Source: Candidatus Krumholzibacteriales bacterium (GTDB lineage Bacteria; Krumholzibacteriota; Krumholzibacteriia; Krumholzibacteriales; WJIX01). Taken from it: 44,534 nucleotides of DNA. The first letter of the stretch is position 1; each line of letters starts with the position of its first letter. Position numbers and translations under genes: made by a program. The stretch covers positions 1 through 44,534 of the forward strand of contig JAWODM010000079.1 in NCBI GenBank assembly GCA_046483305.1, written 5' to 3'. Of this stretch, positions 29,501 through 38,846 are shown one piece after another. The notes under the pieces are model-generated. The model was not told the DNA's origin. It ran no database searches and saw only the letters and a program-made list of their open reading frames with translations.

Positions 29501-29560
29501 CCTGAGATCTATTCAGCGCAAATGGAAGGCCGGAGCTGCCCTGGTATGATATGAATACCG

Positions 29561-30709
29561 CTACATATCCCGGGCGAGACTGTTTCCCTGGACTTCTCCC
29601 TCTTTCATGCTGACTGACTCGGCGGCACGGTTGTATTCCCTGTCCAGAGATTCTATCAGTTCTTTTACATGTACTATCTTCTTGATTTTGTATGCGTTTG
29701 AGCCGGCAAAGGCAAATCCGTCTTCGAAATTTCCGTATTTAGCTTCGGTCAGCGCCTTGGCTATGCAGTATGGGGCGTTTGTCACATCGCATGTTTTCAG
29801 GCACTGCCAGGGGCATTCGTAGGGTTTCATGATACCGTCCCGTATCTGCCGGATGAATTTATTATTTATCGCCCTTCCGGGAAGGCCTACCGGGCTGTCT
29901 ATGATGGTAAGGTCCTCCATCCGGCACTCAATATACCGCTGTTTGAAATTATCGTCCGCGTCGCATTCAAAGGTTCCCACGAACCTGGTTGCCATTTGAA
30001 CGCCGTCGGCCCCCATTTCCAGGAATTTATATATATCCCCTCCGCTGAAGATACCGCCGGCAACTATTAAAGGAACTTTCCTGCCGTGTTTCTGCTCAAA
30101 GGAATCAACAAATTCTCTGGTTTCGCGGAAAATCTTTTCCAGAGTGAATTCCCGGTCGTCCAGCTGGCTTCTGCTGAAACCGAGATGCCCCCCTGCCAGG
30201 GGGCCTTCTATAACTATCGCGTCAGGGGGATAATCCATTTTATTCCACTTGGTCAGAAGAAGTTTTGCCGCCCTGGCAGATGAGACAATCGGCACGAATT
30301 TGGCCCCGGAATCGTTCATATATTCGACATTGAGTTCCCCGGGCAGCCGGAAGGGGAGGCCGGCGCTTAGAAATACGATATCTATTCCGGAATCCACGGC
30401 GGTAGTGATTAGAGATTTATAATCGGTGAGGGCCAGCATGACATTCACCCCTACGACTCCGTCGGTCATCTCCCGGGCTTTCACTATCTCTTTCTTCAGC
30501 GCTCGCCTGGTGGCGGATTTCAGGTCAGTCATAAAATCCGGTTCCAGGTAACCTATCCCGGCAGTGGCTATAACTCCTACTCCTCCCTGGTTGGCAATCG
30601 CAGATGCGAGGCGCGACAGGGAAATTCCCACACCCATACCGCCCTGAATAATGGGGATCTTTAATTCAATATCGTCTATGCGTAGCGCCGGATGGCTACT
30701 GAAACTCAT
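29561..30709 (-). CDS. Nitronate monooxygenase/FabK-superfamily flavoprotein, FabX-like with predicted [4Fe-4S] motif
   Basis: PIIQGGMGVGIS, EGPLAGGHLGF, GVQMATRF and C-terminal CPWQCLKTC...YCI. Confidence 0.85.
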   Translation of the reverse strand: MSFSSHPALRIDDIELKIPIIQGGMGVGISLSRLASAIANQGGVGVIATAGIGYLEPDFMTDLKSATRRALKKEIVKAREMTDGVVGVNVMLALTDYKSLITTAVDSGIDIVFLSAGLPFRLPGELNVEYMNDSGAKFVPIVSSARAAKLLLTKWNKMDYPPDAIVIEGPLAGGHLGFSRSQLDDREFTLEKIFRETREFVDSFEQKHGRKVPLIVAGGIFSGGDIYKFLEMGADGVQMATRFVGTFECDADDNFKQRYIECRMEDLTIIDSPVGLPGRAINNKFIRQIRDGIMKPYECPWQCLKTCDVTNAPYCIAKALTEAKYGNFEDGFAFAGSNAYKIKKIVHVKELIESLDREYNRAAESVSMKEGEVQGNSLARDM

Positions 30710-31101
30710 TATTTGCTCCTTGTCATCAGTTCCGGATAATGCTTCTGAAGTACCGCGGCAAAACTGAAGTGAAGCGGTATGACGTATTCTTGAGTAAATA
30801 CCACCAGCAGCTCTGTCCCCTTTTCTTCGATATAATAATACTTCCTGGAAGGCCCCTTGATGGAATCTTTCATTTTGCTGGAGACCATCCCGTGCAGCTT
30901 CAACTTTTTCAGGATCTGGTATATATTACTGCCATGTAATCTTACGCTTCTATCCGATATATGCTTTAATTTATTAGCAATTTCCAGGCCGTACATGGGG
31001 GTGTCTTTGAGGAGGAGCAGTATAAAATAAGTAAGGAACCCCTTTTTGTACTCTCTGCTCCAGATTCTAAGAAAGCGTTCGGTCTTTTTGTCGTTTGCCA
31101 T
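30709..31101 (-). CDS. PadR-family transcriptional regulator
   Basis: PMYGLEI, IYQILKKL and RKYYYI motifs. Stop overlaps the next start (TAATG). Confidence 0.9.
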   Translation of the reverse strand: MANDKKTERFLRIWSREYKKGFLTYFILLLLKDTPMYGLEIANKLKHISDRSVRLHGSNIYQILKKLKLHGMVSSKMKDSIKGPSRKYYYIEEKGTELLVVFTQEYVIPLHFSFAAVLQKHYPELMTRSK

Positions 31102-31142
31102 GCGGGACCTCCATTTAAGTATGCGATTAAGATAATAGATTA

Positions 31143-31157
31143 TAGTATAATATACTA
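31143..31157. promoter_or_regulatory. Perfect palindrome, candidate PadR operator
   Basis: TAGTATA-A-TATACTA in the AT-rich region ~40 bp upstream of padR. Confidence 0.5.
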
Positions 31158-31277
31158 ATATAATAAAATATAAATATATTTTAAGCTGGATTTTGCGTGC
31201 CTGGCGGGAAGGGCGCCTTTCAGGAGCTCCGGAGGAAAATGTTGCATTATGGGGTCTTTACCGGTATAATCCGCAAT

Positions 31278-31832
31278 ATGATACGGAGCGCCGGCGAAAT
31301 AATGTTAGCGGCTGTTCTGACTTTTGTTATGACCGTCTCATGCGGAGGGCAGAAGAAGGAGCGTGATAGCAGCGGGGTAGGGGGCTGCTCTCTGGATACG
31401 GTGGTTATAGGAACATCTTTCAGGCGTTCCGAACCCGTCCCCTCCGCCGCATGGATAAGGATTCATTCCATTGAGTTCGCCGGAGAATTACGGTACAGGA
31501 AAGCGGTCGATCATCTGGTAGCCGCGATCGATTCGGCAGGGGTGGAATTGTACAGCTGCAGCGAGCTTCTGCATATCGAAAGCGGGCCCTGCTGGCCGCC
31601 ATATACCATTACTCTGAGGGTAAACGCGCCCCGGAGGGAAGATACCGAGCCTGTCCGCTCGATGCTGGGGAAAGGATCGCTGAACGGGCTGATCCCTCTG
31701 GAAGAGAGGCCCCCCGGATACGGCGCGATCTTTATTACCTGCGGGAAGTACGCGATAGACTGGTGGACCGTCTGGTACAGTGAACAGGCCGGCCGCCGGG
31801 AAAACCCGGCAGCCGGCCCCGCAAAAGATTAA
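31278..31832 (+). CDS. Hypothetical lipoprotein
   Basis: Hydrophobic stretch ending in MTVSC. Start at 31278 or 31302. Stop overlaps the hcp stop (TTAA). Confidence 0.55.
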   Translation: MIRSAGEIMLAAVLTFVMTVSCGGQKKERDSSGVGGCSLDTVVIGTSFRRSEPVPSAAWIRIHSIEFAGELRYRKAVDHLVAAIDSAGVELYSCSELLHIESGPCWPPYTITLRVNAPRREDTEPVRSMLGKGSLNGLIPLEERPPGYGAIFITCGKYAIDWWTVWYSEQAGRRENPAAGPAKD

Positions 31833-33457
31833 TTGCCGGAGATCATCGCTTCAACATCCTCTTCCGCTTCCCCGATCGGTTTGATGTCGAACTTCTTAAC
31901 CAGGATTTCGGTTACCCCGGGCGAAAGGAATGCCGGCAGGGTGGGTCCCAGCCGCATGCCCTTTACTCCCAGCGACAGAAGAGCCAGAAGAACCGCAACC
32001 GCCTTCTGTTCATACCAGGCGATATCGAAGGAGATGGGGAGTTCGTTTATGTCCTCAAGTTCAAATACCTCCTTCAGCTTCAAGGCTATCACCGCCAGAG
32101 AATAGCTGTCATTGCACTGCCCCGCGTCCAGAACTCGCGGAATGCCGTATATCTCGCCCAGGTTCAGCTTATTATAACGGTACTTGGCGCATCCCGCAGT
32201 CAGTATTACGGTATCTTCGGGAAGCGCTTCGGCCACTTCGGTAAAGTAACTGCGGGTCTTATGCCGCCCGTCGCATCCAGCCATCACTATAAACCGTTTT
32301 ATCCGCCCCGACTTGACCGCTTCGACAATACTGTCGGCAAGTTTCATTACCTGGCTGTGAGCGAACCCCCCGATAATAACTCCCCGCTCCAGCTCCTCGG
32401 GCGGCTCGCAGTTTTTTGCCATCTCCACGATCCCGGAGAAATCCTTGTGGCCGCCGTTCTCTCTTGCGGGGATATGCCTGGCGCCGGGCCATCCGGCCAT
32501 TCCCGTTGTGAATATCCGGTCGCTGTAAGAATCCTTTACCGGTATAATGCAGTTGGTTGTCATCAGAATCGGGCCGTTGAACTTTTCGAATTCCTCGTTC
32601 TGTTTCCACCAGGAGTTTCCGTAGTTGCCGACGAAATGTTCATACTTCTTGAAAGCCGGGTAGTAGTTCGCCGGGAGCATCTCGCTGTGAGTATAAACAT
32701 CCACGCCGGTTCCCTCGGTCTGGCTGAGAAGCTCCTCCATATCCCTGAGGTCGTGGCCGGATATCAGTATCCCGGGGTTATCTCTGACTCCTATGTTAAC
32801 CTCGGTTATCTCCGGGTCTCCGTAGGTTTCTGTATTGGCTCTGTCCAGAAGGGCCATGGTGGACACCGCTGTTTCACCCGCCCGCATTACCAGGCCAAGC
32901 ATCTCATCTTCGGCGAGCTCCCTGGTAGTGGAAGCCAGGGCCTCTATCAGGAAGTCGTATAACTTCTCATCCTCGTATCCCAGAACGGCGGCATGTTCGG
33001 CATACGCCGATATGCCCTTGAGCCCGTAAATCAGAAGCTCCCTCAGGGAGCGGGTATCCTCGTCCTCTGTGGTAAGAACTCCTACCTGCTCCGCTTTCTC
33101 CTCCCACTTTTCCTCCGGGAGGTTCCAGGTGGCGGCGTCGTGAAGCTCTTCTTCAGTCTCTATCCTCTCCCGGATGCTGTCCCGGACCCTTAGGGCTTCT
33201 CTTATGAGTTCGTAGAAACGGGCATCGTCGAAATTGGCATTGGTGATGGTGGCGAAGAGTGATTCGGCTATGAACCTCCCGGCCTCTTTTCTGGAGCCGC
33301 TTTCTTTACCCTCCTTCTCCGCAAGTATCGCTATCCCTTTCAGGGTATACCTCAGAAGGTCCTGCAGGTCCGCGGTTACCGCTTCCTTCCCGCAGAAACC
33401 CTTCTTGAAGCTGCAACCCTGGTTCCTGATAGTTTCCTGACATTGAAAACAGAACAT
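31829..33457 (-). CDS. hcp: Hybrid cluster protein (hydroxylamine/NO reductase)
   Basis: MFCFQCQET start with GGGAGG SD. SGHDL, THSEM, GCDG, GQCND and WYEQKA motifs. Confidence 0.97.
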   Translation of the reverse strand: MFCFQCQETIRNQGCSFKKGFCGKEAVTADLQDLLRYTLKGIAILAEKEGKESGSRKEAGRFIAESLFATITNANFDDARFYELIREALRVRDSIRERIETEEELHDAATWNLPEEKWEEKAEQVGVLTTEDEDTRSLRELLIYGLKGISAYAEHAAVLGYEDEKLYDFLIEALASTTRELAEDEMLGLVMRAGETAVSTMALLDRANTETYGDPEITEVNIGVRDNPGILISGHDLRDMEELLSQTEGTGVDVYTHSEMLPANYYPAFKKYEHFVGNYGNSWWKQNEEFEKFNGPILMTTNCIIPVKDSYSDRIFTTGMAGWPGARHIPARENGGHKDFSGIVEMAKNCEPPEELERGVIIGGFAHSQVMKLADSIVEAVKSGRIKRFIVMAGCDGRHKTRSYFTEVAEALPEDTVILTAGCAKYRYNKLNLGEIYGIPRVLDAGQCNDSYSLAVIALKLKEVFELEDINELPISFDIAWYEQKAVAVLLALLSLGVKGMRLGPTLPAFLSPGVTEILVKKFDIKPIGEAEEDVEAMISGN

Positions 33458-33527
33458 TTTTTCCTCCCTGTTGATTAAATGAATTTCCGTAAAAAGCATT
33501 TGCTTTGATCTTCCATAATAACACCTC

Positions 33528-34349
33528 TCACAGTATCTCGCCAGATATCGATATCACATTCATTCTGACCAGATGGCTGACTCCGGCCCTGTCCAGAGCC
33601 TTTTTGATGATAGCCTCTATTCCGCCGCAGCAGGGAACCTCCATCCTTGCTATGGTTATACTGCTGATTTTCTTTTTCCTGAATATTTCAGACAGTTTTT
33701 CGACGTAGCTTTCAATCCCTGAGTCCAGTTTGGGACAGAGGGTAATAACTATCCTGCCTTCCACGAACCGGCGGTGGAAATCTGCGAAGGCGAAAGGGAC
33801 GCAGTCTGCGGAAATCAGAAGATCGGCGTTCTCGAGGTAAGGAGCCGAAGGGTTTATAAGGTGAAGCTGAACCGGCCACTGGCGGAGCCGGCTCTCTATC
33901 TTTGCGGATGGTGAATCTTCATCAGAATTTTCCCCGGCCGGTTCAACCGGTCGCGGAGCCGATCCGGGGCAGCCGCACTGGCAGGGCGACATCTCCATAT
34001 CGGGTACCGGGACATCTTTTTCGTAGAGTATCGCCAGGGCTTCCCTGAGATATTCCGTCTGCCCGTGGTCACGGAGGTGCTCCAGGTGGGCTTTTATTGT
34101 CCCGGCGCCCTGTCCGATGATATTTTCCATTACCCGGGCCTCGTCGTAAGGCTCGGACTCTCTTTCCTCGATAGTTATCGCCCCCTGCGGGCAGTTCCCT
34201 ATACAGGCGCCCAGGCCGTCGCAGAACAGGTCGCTCACCAGCCTGGCCTTTCCGTCAATTATCTGAAGGGCGCCTTCGGGACAGGAGGGTATGCAATCTC
34301 CGCACCCGTTGCAGAGCTCTTCGTTTATACTTATTATTTCTCTTTTCAT
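33528..34349 (-). CDS. 4Fe-4S dicluster ferredoxin-domain protein (hcp-associated)
   Basis: [12 protein letters not shown] and [12 protein letters not shown], plus a C-terminal domain with QWPVQL, ADC, CPKLD and MEVPCC. Confidence 0.88.
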   Translation of the reverse strand: MKREIISINEELCNGCGDCIPSCPEGALQIIDGKARLVSDLFCDGLGACIGNCPQGAITIEERESEPYDEARVMENIIGQGAGTIKAHLEHLRDHGQTEYLREALAILYEKDVPVPDMEMSPCQCGCPGSAPRPVEPAGENSDEDSPSAKIESRLRQWPVQLHLINPSAPYLENADLLISADCVPFAFADFHRRFVEGRIVITLCPKLDSGIESYVEKLSEIFRKKKISSITIARMEVPCCGGIEAIIKKALDRAGVSHLVRMNVISISGEIL

Positions 34350-34393
34350 TACTCTGAAGCTCCTCTGTTGAAGTTCAACCCGGACTGGCTGTC

Positions 34394-34792
34394 TCAGGTA
34401 AAATCCGAAAGTTTTATATCTCTGTACATCCGGTAGATATCACTGGAGATCCGGGATGCCTCATCCTTGAATATACAGTTATCGAACCTGCAGGCCGCCC
34501 TGCCGAAAGGACAACCTCCCAGCCTGATTTTCCCGTCCATCACCTCCAGTATATCCAGAAAGCTGATCAGCCCGGGATTCCGGCCGAGAACAAACCCGCC
34601 GTCGGGCCCGCGGGTTGATTTAACCAGTCCGGCGGCTCCCAGCTTCTGAAAAACCTTTGCCATATGGGCCCTGGAGGCATCCAGCCTTTCCGCCAGCTCT
34701 TTGACCTTGAGCCTTCCGCCCTTTTCCCTGGCGATCAGGGCCATGGCATGTAGGGCAAGTGAGGCTCCTTCCGAAACATTTATTAAACTCAT
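34394..34792 (-). CDS. Rrf2-family transcriptional regulator (three-Cys, probably Fe-S)
   Basis: STRGPDGGF motif and C-terminal CPFGRAACRFDNC. Confidence 0.92.
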   Translation of the reverse strand: MSLINVSEGASLALHAMALIAREKGGRLKVKELAERLDASRAHMAKVFQKLGAAGLVKSTRGPDGGFVLGRNPGLISFLDILEVMDGKIRLGGCPFGRAACRFDNCIFKDEASRISSDIYRMYRDIKLSDFT

Positions 34793-34814
34793 ATCAGCTC
34801 CCTGTTATAATATA

Positions 34815-34848
34815 TATTCAGGATACTAAATACCTAAATAGATTTCAA
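34815..34848 (-). promoter_or_regulatory. rrf2 operon promoter with dyad operator
   Basis: Minus strand TTGAAA, 17 bp, TATCCT. Dyad TATTCAGG-N10-CCTAAATA (34815-34840) overlaps it. Confidence 0.55.
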
Positions 34849-35028
34849 GTACTTTTCCGTTTTTTTTCATTATTAAATCGCATGCGTAAATGCCGGGCCT
34901 GTATTATGCGGGAGCTGAGATGTAACTGCCTGATATGTAACGACATATCCAAAAATTTGATTAATTCGGACAGATATTCGGAAATTCAGTTCATATAATC
35001 TTCTTACAGTCTGTTTTCCCGGGTATTC

Positions 35029-35044
35029 TGGCACTTCATTTGCT
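35029..35044 (+). promoter_or_regulatory. sigma54 (-24/-12) promoter of the SPFH operon
   Basis: TGGCAC-TTCAT-TTGCT with exact GG-N10-GC spacing, 63 nt before the ATG at 35108. Confidence 0.75.
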
Positions 35045-35107
35045 GAAAATGTAGAAATGAAGCAGAATTCCTGAATAAAGGTAAAAAAACTTACGAATGG
35101 AGCTGAT

Positions 35108-36244
35108 ATGTCACAGTTTATGGAAGTGCTGGAGTGGTTCGACGAAACCGGCGAGGAAATAGTGCACCGGCTTCCCCCAGGGGGGTCGGGCGAGATAAAG
35201 ATGGGGGCGCAGCTTATAGTGCGCGATAACCAGAGCGCCGTCTTCTTCAAGGATGGTAAGGGGCTGGATATATTCGGGGCCGGCAGGCATACCCTTACCA
35301 CCAAAAACCTTCCGATCCTGACCAAGGTGCTGGCTCTTCCCTGGGGTTTCAAAAGTCCGTTCCGGGCGGAGGTATATTTCGTCAACATGAAGACCTTTCT
35401 GAACCAGAAGTGGGGCACCAGGGACCCGGTGGCCTTCAAGGACAGCCAGCTGGGGCTGGTCAGATTGAGGGCATTCGGGCTTTACACGTTCAGGATTAAG
35501 GAACCGGTGCTGTTTATAAATCACGTTGTGGGCACTCAGGGGGTCTTTACCAGCAAAATGATAGATAATTATCTGAGGGATGTTATCGTCTCCCGGATGA
35601 ACGATATGTTCGGCGAACGGCTGGATACCATCTTTGACCTTCCCAGAAACTACGATGAACTCGCTGAGGAAATTACCGGGCGCTTGGCCAGCGATTTCTC
35701 GAAATACGGGATGGAACTGACCGATTTCTTCATCAACTCCATCACTCCCCCTCCGGAGGTCCAGAAGATGATCGACGAGCGTTCCGGGCTCCAGGCGGTA
35801 GGGAATCTTGACAGCTTCTTCAAATTCAGAGCGGCCAAGGCGATCGGAGACGCCGCCTCTGGTGGAGCGGAAGGGGACGGGGCGGCAGCCGGCGCCGCCG
35901 CGGGAGGAATGGGTGTGGGAGTGGGGGCCGGGCTGGGTATGATGCTGCCCGGGATGCTTGCCCACTCGATGACCGAAACAGCGCCCTCTCCCGGGGAGAG
36001 GCTGAAATGCCCCCGGTGTCATAATGAGGTATCGCCTGAATCGCGTTTCTGTAATAACTGCGGAGCTCAGCTGGTTACCCTGAACAGATGTCCGGATTGC
36101 AGGACAGAATTGCCTCCCGAGGCAAAATTCTGCTCCGGCTGCGGAAAGGAACTTGCCGAAAATCTGACCTGTCCGCACTGCGGGGCGGCGCTTCCGCCGG
36201 GAACGAAGTTCTGCACCGGCTGCGGAGAGAAACTGGAAGACTGA
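35108..36244 (+). CDS. SPFH/band-7 domain protein (YdjI-like) with three C-terminal zinc ribbons
   Basis: [29 protein letters not shown] and SITPPPEV. Gly/Ala-rich linker, then three CPxC-x10-CxxCG units. Confidence 0.88.
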   Translation: MSQFMEVLEWFDETGEEIVHRLPPGGSGEIKMGAQLIVRDNQSAVFFKDGKGLDIFGAGRHTLTTKNLPILTKVLALPWGFKSPFRAEVYFVNMKTFLNQKWGTRDPVAFKDSQLGLVRLRAFGLYTFRIKEPVLFINHVVGTQGVFTSKMIDNYLRDVIVSRMNDMFGERLDTIFDLPRNYDELAEEITGRLASDFSKYGMELTDFFINSITPPPEVQKMIDERSGLQAVGNLDSFFKFRAAKAIGDAASGGAEGDGAAAGAAAGGMGVGVGAGLGMMLPGMLAHSMTETAPSPGERLKCPRCHNEVSPESRFCNNCGAQLVTLNRCPDCRTELPPEAKFCSGCGKELAENLTCPHCGAALPPGTKFCTGCGEKLED

Positions 36245-36246
36245 TC

Positions 36247-36951
36247 ATGATTATCAGATGCGACCTGTGCGGCGGCAATAACGAAATTCTGCCCGGGCAG
36301 AAGGTAGTTAAATGCTGCTACTGCGGCTCCGCCCTGGCAGTGGAGGAAAAACATTCAGAGCGACTGATACTTCCTCACGTCAGAGATGACCGCATAGCGG
36401 AAGATATGCTGGCTTCATTCCTGCTGAAGAGGGGGTGCCCCCCTCCCCGGGAAACAAGAACGGAGTTCAGTTATGTGCAATTCTCAGTTGTCGAGGACAG
36501 CACCGGCGGAACCAGCTGTATCCCCTCCCGTGGCGCTCCGGCGGCGATAAATCCGCTGGCTGATATTCCGGCCGGAGACTACTCCTTCTTCGACCGGGAG
36601 CTGGCCTCCGGAGAGAAGATAGTAAGTTCGGAAGGGAAAGACAGCCGGGCTTCCAGGGAGATTCATATACCGGTATACATTATATCCTTCCGGCTGGAAG
36701 GAAAGAGGTCGAGAGCGGTGATAATCGGGGAGAGCTGGCAGGTTCAGATGATGAAAGTGCCCGCCAGGAAAGGGAAATCGCTGGAAATTTCAACACTGCT
36801 GCCGGCGGCGGGCCTGTTTGTTGTTTATCTGCTGATCGGGAAGCTGGGAGGATCATGGCCGGGGAGGCTTGCTTTCATTACCGCGGCGGCGTCGGCAGCC
36901 TGGGCCGCCTACCGTATAAGAGAGAAGGTGACTGCGGAAAATGGGCGGTAA
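36247..36951 (+). CDS. Zinc-ribbon protein with C-terminal transmembrane helices
   Basis: Start at ATG 36247 just after the SPFH stop. CDLCGG...CCYCGS, then two hydrophobic C-terminal segments. Confidence 0.75.
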   Translation: MIIRCDLCGGNNEILPGQKVVKCCYCGSALAVEEKHSERLILPHVRDDRIAEDMLASFLLKRGCPPPRETRTEFSYVQFSVVEDSTGGTSCIPSRGAPAAINPLADIPAGDYSFFDRELASGEKIVSSEGKDSRASREIHIPVYIISFRLEGKRSRAVIIGESWQVQMMKVPARKGKSLEISTLLPAAGLFVVYLLIGKLGGSWPGRLAFITAAASAAWAAYRIREKVTAENGR

Positions 36952-37984
36952 AGTTATCACATCTGGATATTCCGGCATTTCGGATACCGCGCCCCCCGCG
37001 AGCGGGGCGGAGGACGCAGGCAGAGAGAACATCGGAATCAACTGCCCCTCATGCGGCGGTTCTCTGAGTATCAGGGAGGGGCTCAGGAGTACGGTGTGCG
37101 AATATTGCGGCTCCAACCTCTACATCTTCAACCCGCCGGGAGTCAGAAGGTATTATCTTGAACCGGAAATTACCGCCGGCAAGGCGAAGCTCAAGGCACT
37201 GAATCTTCTGGACCAGAGAACGGGAGGAAGGATCGGGGCCAGGCATACGTCGGTGGTGGAGCTGAAGCTTATTCACGCCCCCTTCTGGAGAATGAAGGGG
37301 AGGTTCGTCGGTTGGATCTGCGGGGAAGAGCTTAAGTCCAGGGTGGTGGAGAGGAGTACCCAAACCCCCCGGGGGGAAATCAGGCGCAGGGTTACCGAGC
37401 ATGAAAGAAAGCCGTTTTCCAAATTCGTCTCCAGAAATATCAACTGGAGCGCTCCCGCCTGCGTTATGCGGCACCTGGGCCTGCAGGGAATATCCTTCCG
37501 CTCCCTTTTCGGGGACTGGAAACAGTTCGATCACACCCTTAAGAAGTCGATGAATATCGCCCTGGTTACTGTACCCCGAAGGAAGGCGGAATCGAGCGCC
37601 TTCAGGCATTCGGTCAGTCTGGCCAGGCCTTCCGGGGCCAGGATCGACGCCGGACGGTATCACCTCTTCGACAGGAGGCTATCCATATATTATTATCCTG
37701 TTTATATGCTCTTTTATAAGTACAGAGGTATAATTTACGAAATAACCATCGACGGAAACGACGGTCACATAATAAGAGCGGAAATCCCGCAGCGGAGGAC
37801 TATCAATCCGGAATATTACTTTTTCGTACCCGCTGCCGCCGCGTTCATTACGGGAACATATTTCCCTCTGATAATAGCGGCCATGTTTGCTTTCTATACT
37901 ACCGATATGGTAAGAAACCGGAAGATCATAAATCCGCTGAAATGGCTGACCTGCCGGCTGCAGCAGCTTTTCGGAAAGGGGTAG
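36941..37984 (+). CDS. Zinc-ribbon membrane protein (YdjG-like)
   Basis: CPSCGG...CEYCGS, HAPFW, YYPVY...IDGNDG and a C-terminal hydrophobic segment. Confidence 0.78.
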   Translation: MGGKVITSGYSGISDTAPPASGAEDAGRENIGINCPSCGGSLSIREGLRSTVCEYCGSNLYIFNPPGVRRYYLEPEITAGKAKLKALNLLDQRTGGRIGARHTSVVELKLIHAPFWRMKGRFVGWICGEELKSRVVERSTQTPRGEIRRRVTEHERKPFSKFVSRNINWSAPACVMRHLGLQGISFRSLFGDWKQFDHTLKKSMNIALVTVPRRKAESSAFRHSVSLARPSGARIDAGRYHLFDRRLSIYYYPVYMLFYKYRGIIYEITIDGNDGHIIRAEIPQRRTINPEYYFFVPAAAAFITGTYFPLIIAAMFAFYTTDMVRNRKIINPLKWLTCRLQQLFGKG

Positions 37985-37986
37985 GA

Positions 37987-38796
37987 ATGCTGGAAATAAA
38001 GAGACTGGTATGCCCTCATTGCGGCAGGGGACTGAAAGGTTCGGAACCCTATATCACCCGTTTCTGCAGTACCTGCCTCCGCCATTGGATAATTACTGAA
38101 AATGGGCTCAGATCCCTGTCCATCCGCAGAGCGGTCGCCGATACGGAAGCAGATCTGATGCTCCCCTTCTGGGTAACCATTATAGATAACCGCAAACTTG
38201 CTGACGATATGGATGAAGCCGCCGGCGAGCTCAGGAAACAGAGCGGCCTGATGGCCGGGGCCGGGCTGAACGGGGCGGATGAAGATGAATCTACGGATCA
38301 ATTTATTAAAAAATCCGGAATGGAGAAGATGGAGATGCTCTCGGTCGGACGGGGGAGCCGGAAGATGGCCGGCCGGAGAGGAATAGATAATTTTATCAGT
38401 GAAATCAGAGGCCGTAGTAACTTCCGGGTCTATGTTCCGGCCTTTATCTCCTCCAACCCTTTCGCATATCTCAAGGCGGGGAGGCTGCTGACCTCCGGAC
38501 AGCCTGCCTTCGGGACTGAACCTTCGGCCAGCCTGAGAAACCCGGTGCTCTGTTCGGTGGACAGCGCCGAGGCTGTTGCCCTGACAGATTTTGTCTTTCT
38601 TGCTTCACTCCCGAAATCGATACTGAGATGCGGCAGGATGCTCAAGGATATCAAGGTTCAGGCAGCCGCTCCTCCAGCCCTGGTTAATTTTCCGTTCCGG
38701 GCCGGTAACGGTTCTCTGATCTCCATTATCGGCGGTTTTTCCATTTCCTCCAGGCTGGTCCAGAGGCCGGAGCCGGCCGGCCGGGGGAGCTTATGA
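37987..38796 (+). CDS. Zinc-ribbon protein, divergent paralog
   Basis: Start at ATG 37987, 2 nt after the previous stop. CPHCG...FCSTC and LPFW. Confidence 0.72.
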   Translation: MLEIKRLVCPHCGRGLKGSEPYITRFCSTCLRHWIITENGLRSLSIRRAVADTEADLMLPFWVTIIDNRKLADDMDEAAGELRKQSGLMAGAGLNGADEDESTDQFIKKSGMEKMEMLSVGRGSRKMAGRRGIDNFISEIRGRSNFRVYVPAFISSNPFAYLKAGRLLTSGQPAFGTEPSASLRNPVLCSVDSAEAVALTDFVFLASLPKSILRCGRMLKDIKVQAAAPPALVNFPFRAGNGSLISIIGGFSISSRLVQRPEPAGRGSL

Positions 38797-38846
38797 AAGT
38801 ATAGGTGTTGCATTTTAACCCGGTTCTCTGTATAAATGGTGTAATT

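Noticed and set aside
34350..34396. TGA read-through (selenocysteine) of rrf2
   Set aside because: The Rrf2 domain is complete before the TGA, and there is no redox-motif context or evident SECIS
35111..36178. 355-aa minus-strand ORF
   Set aside because: Antisense shadow of the SPFH gene
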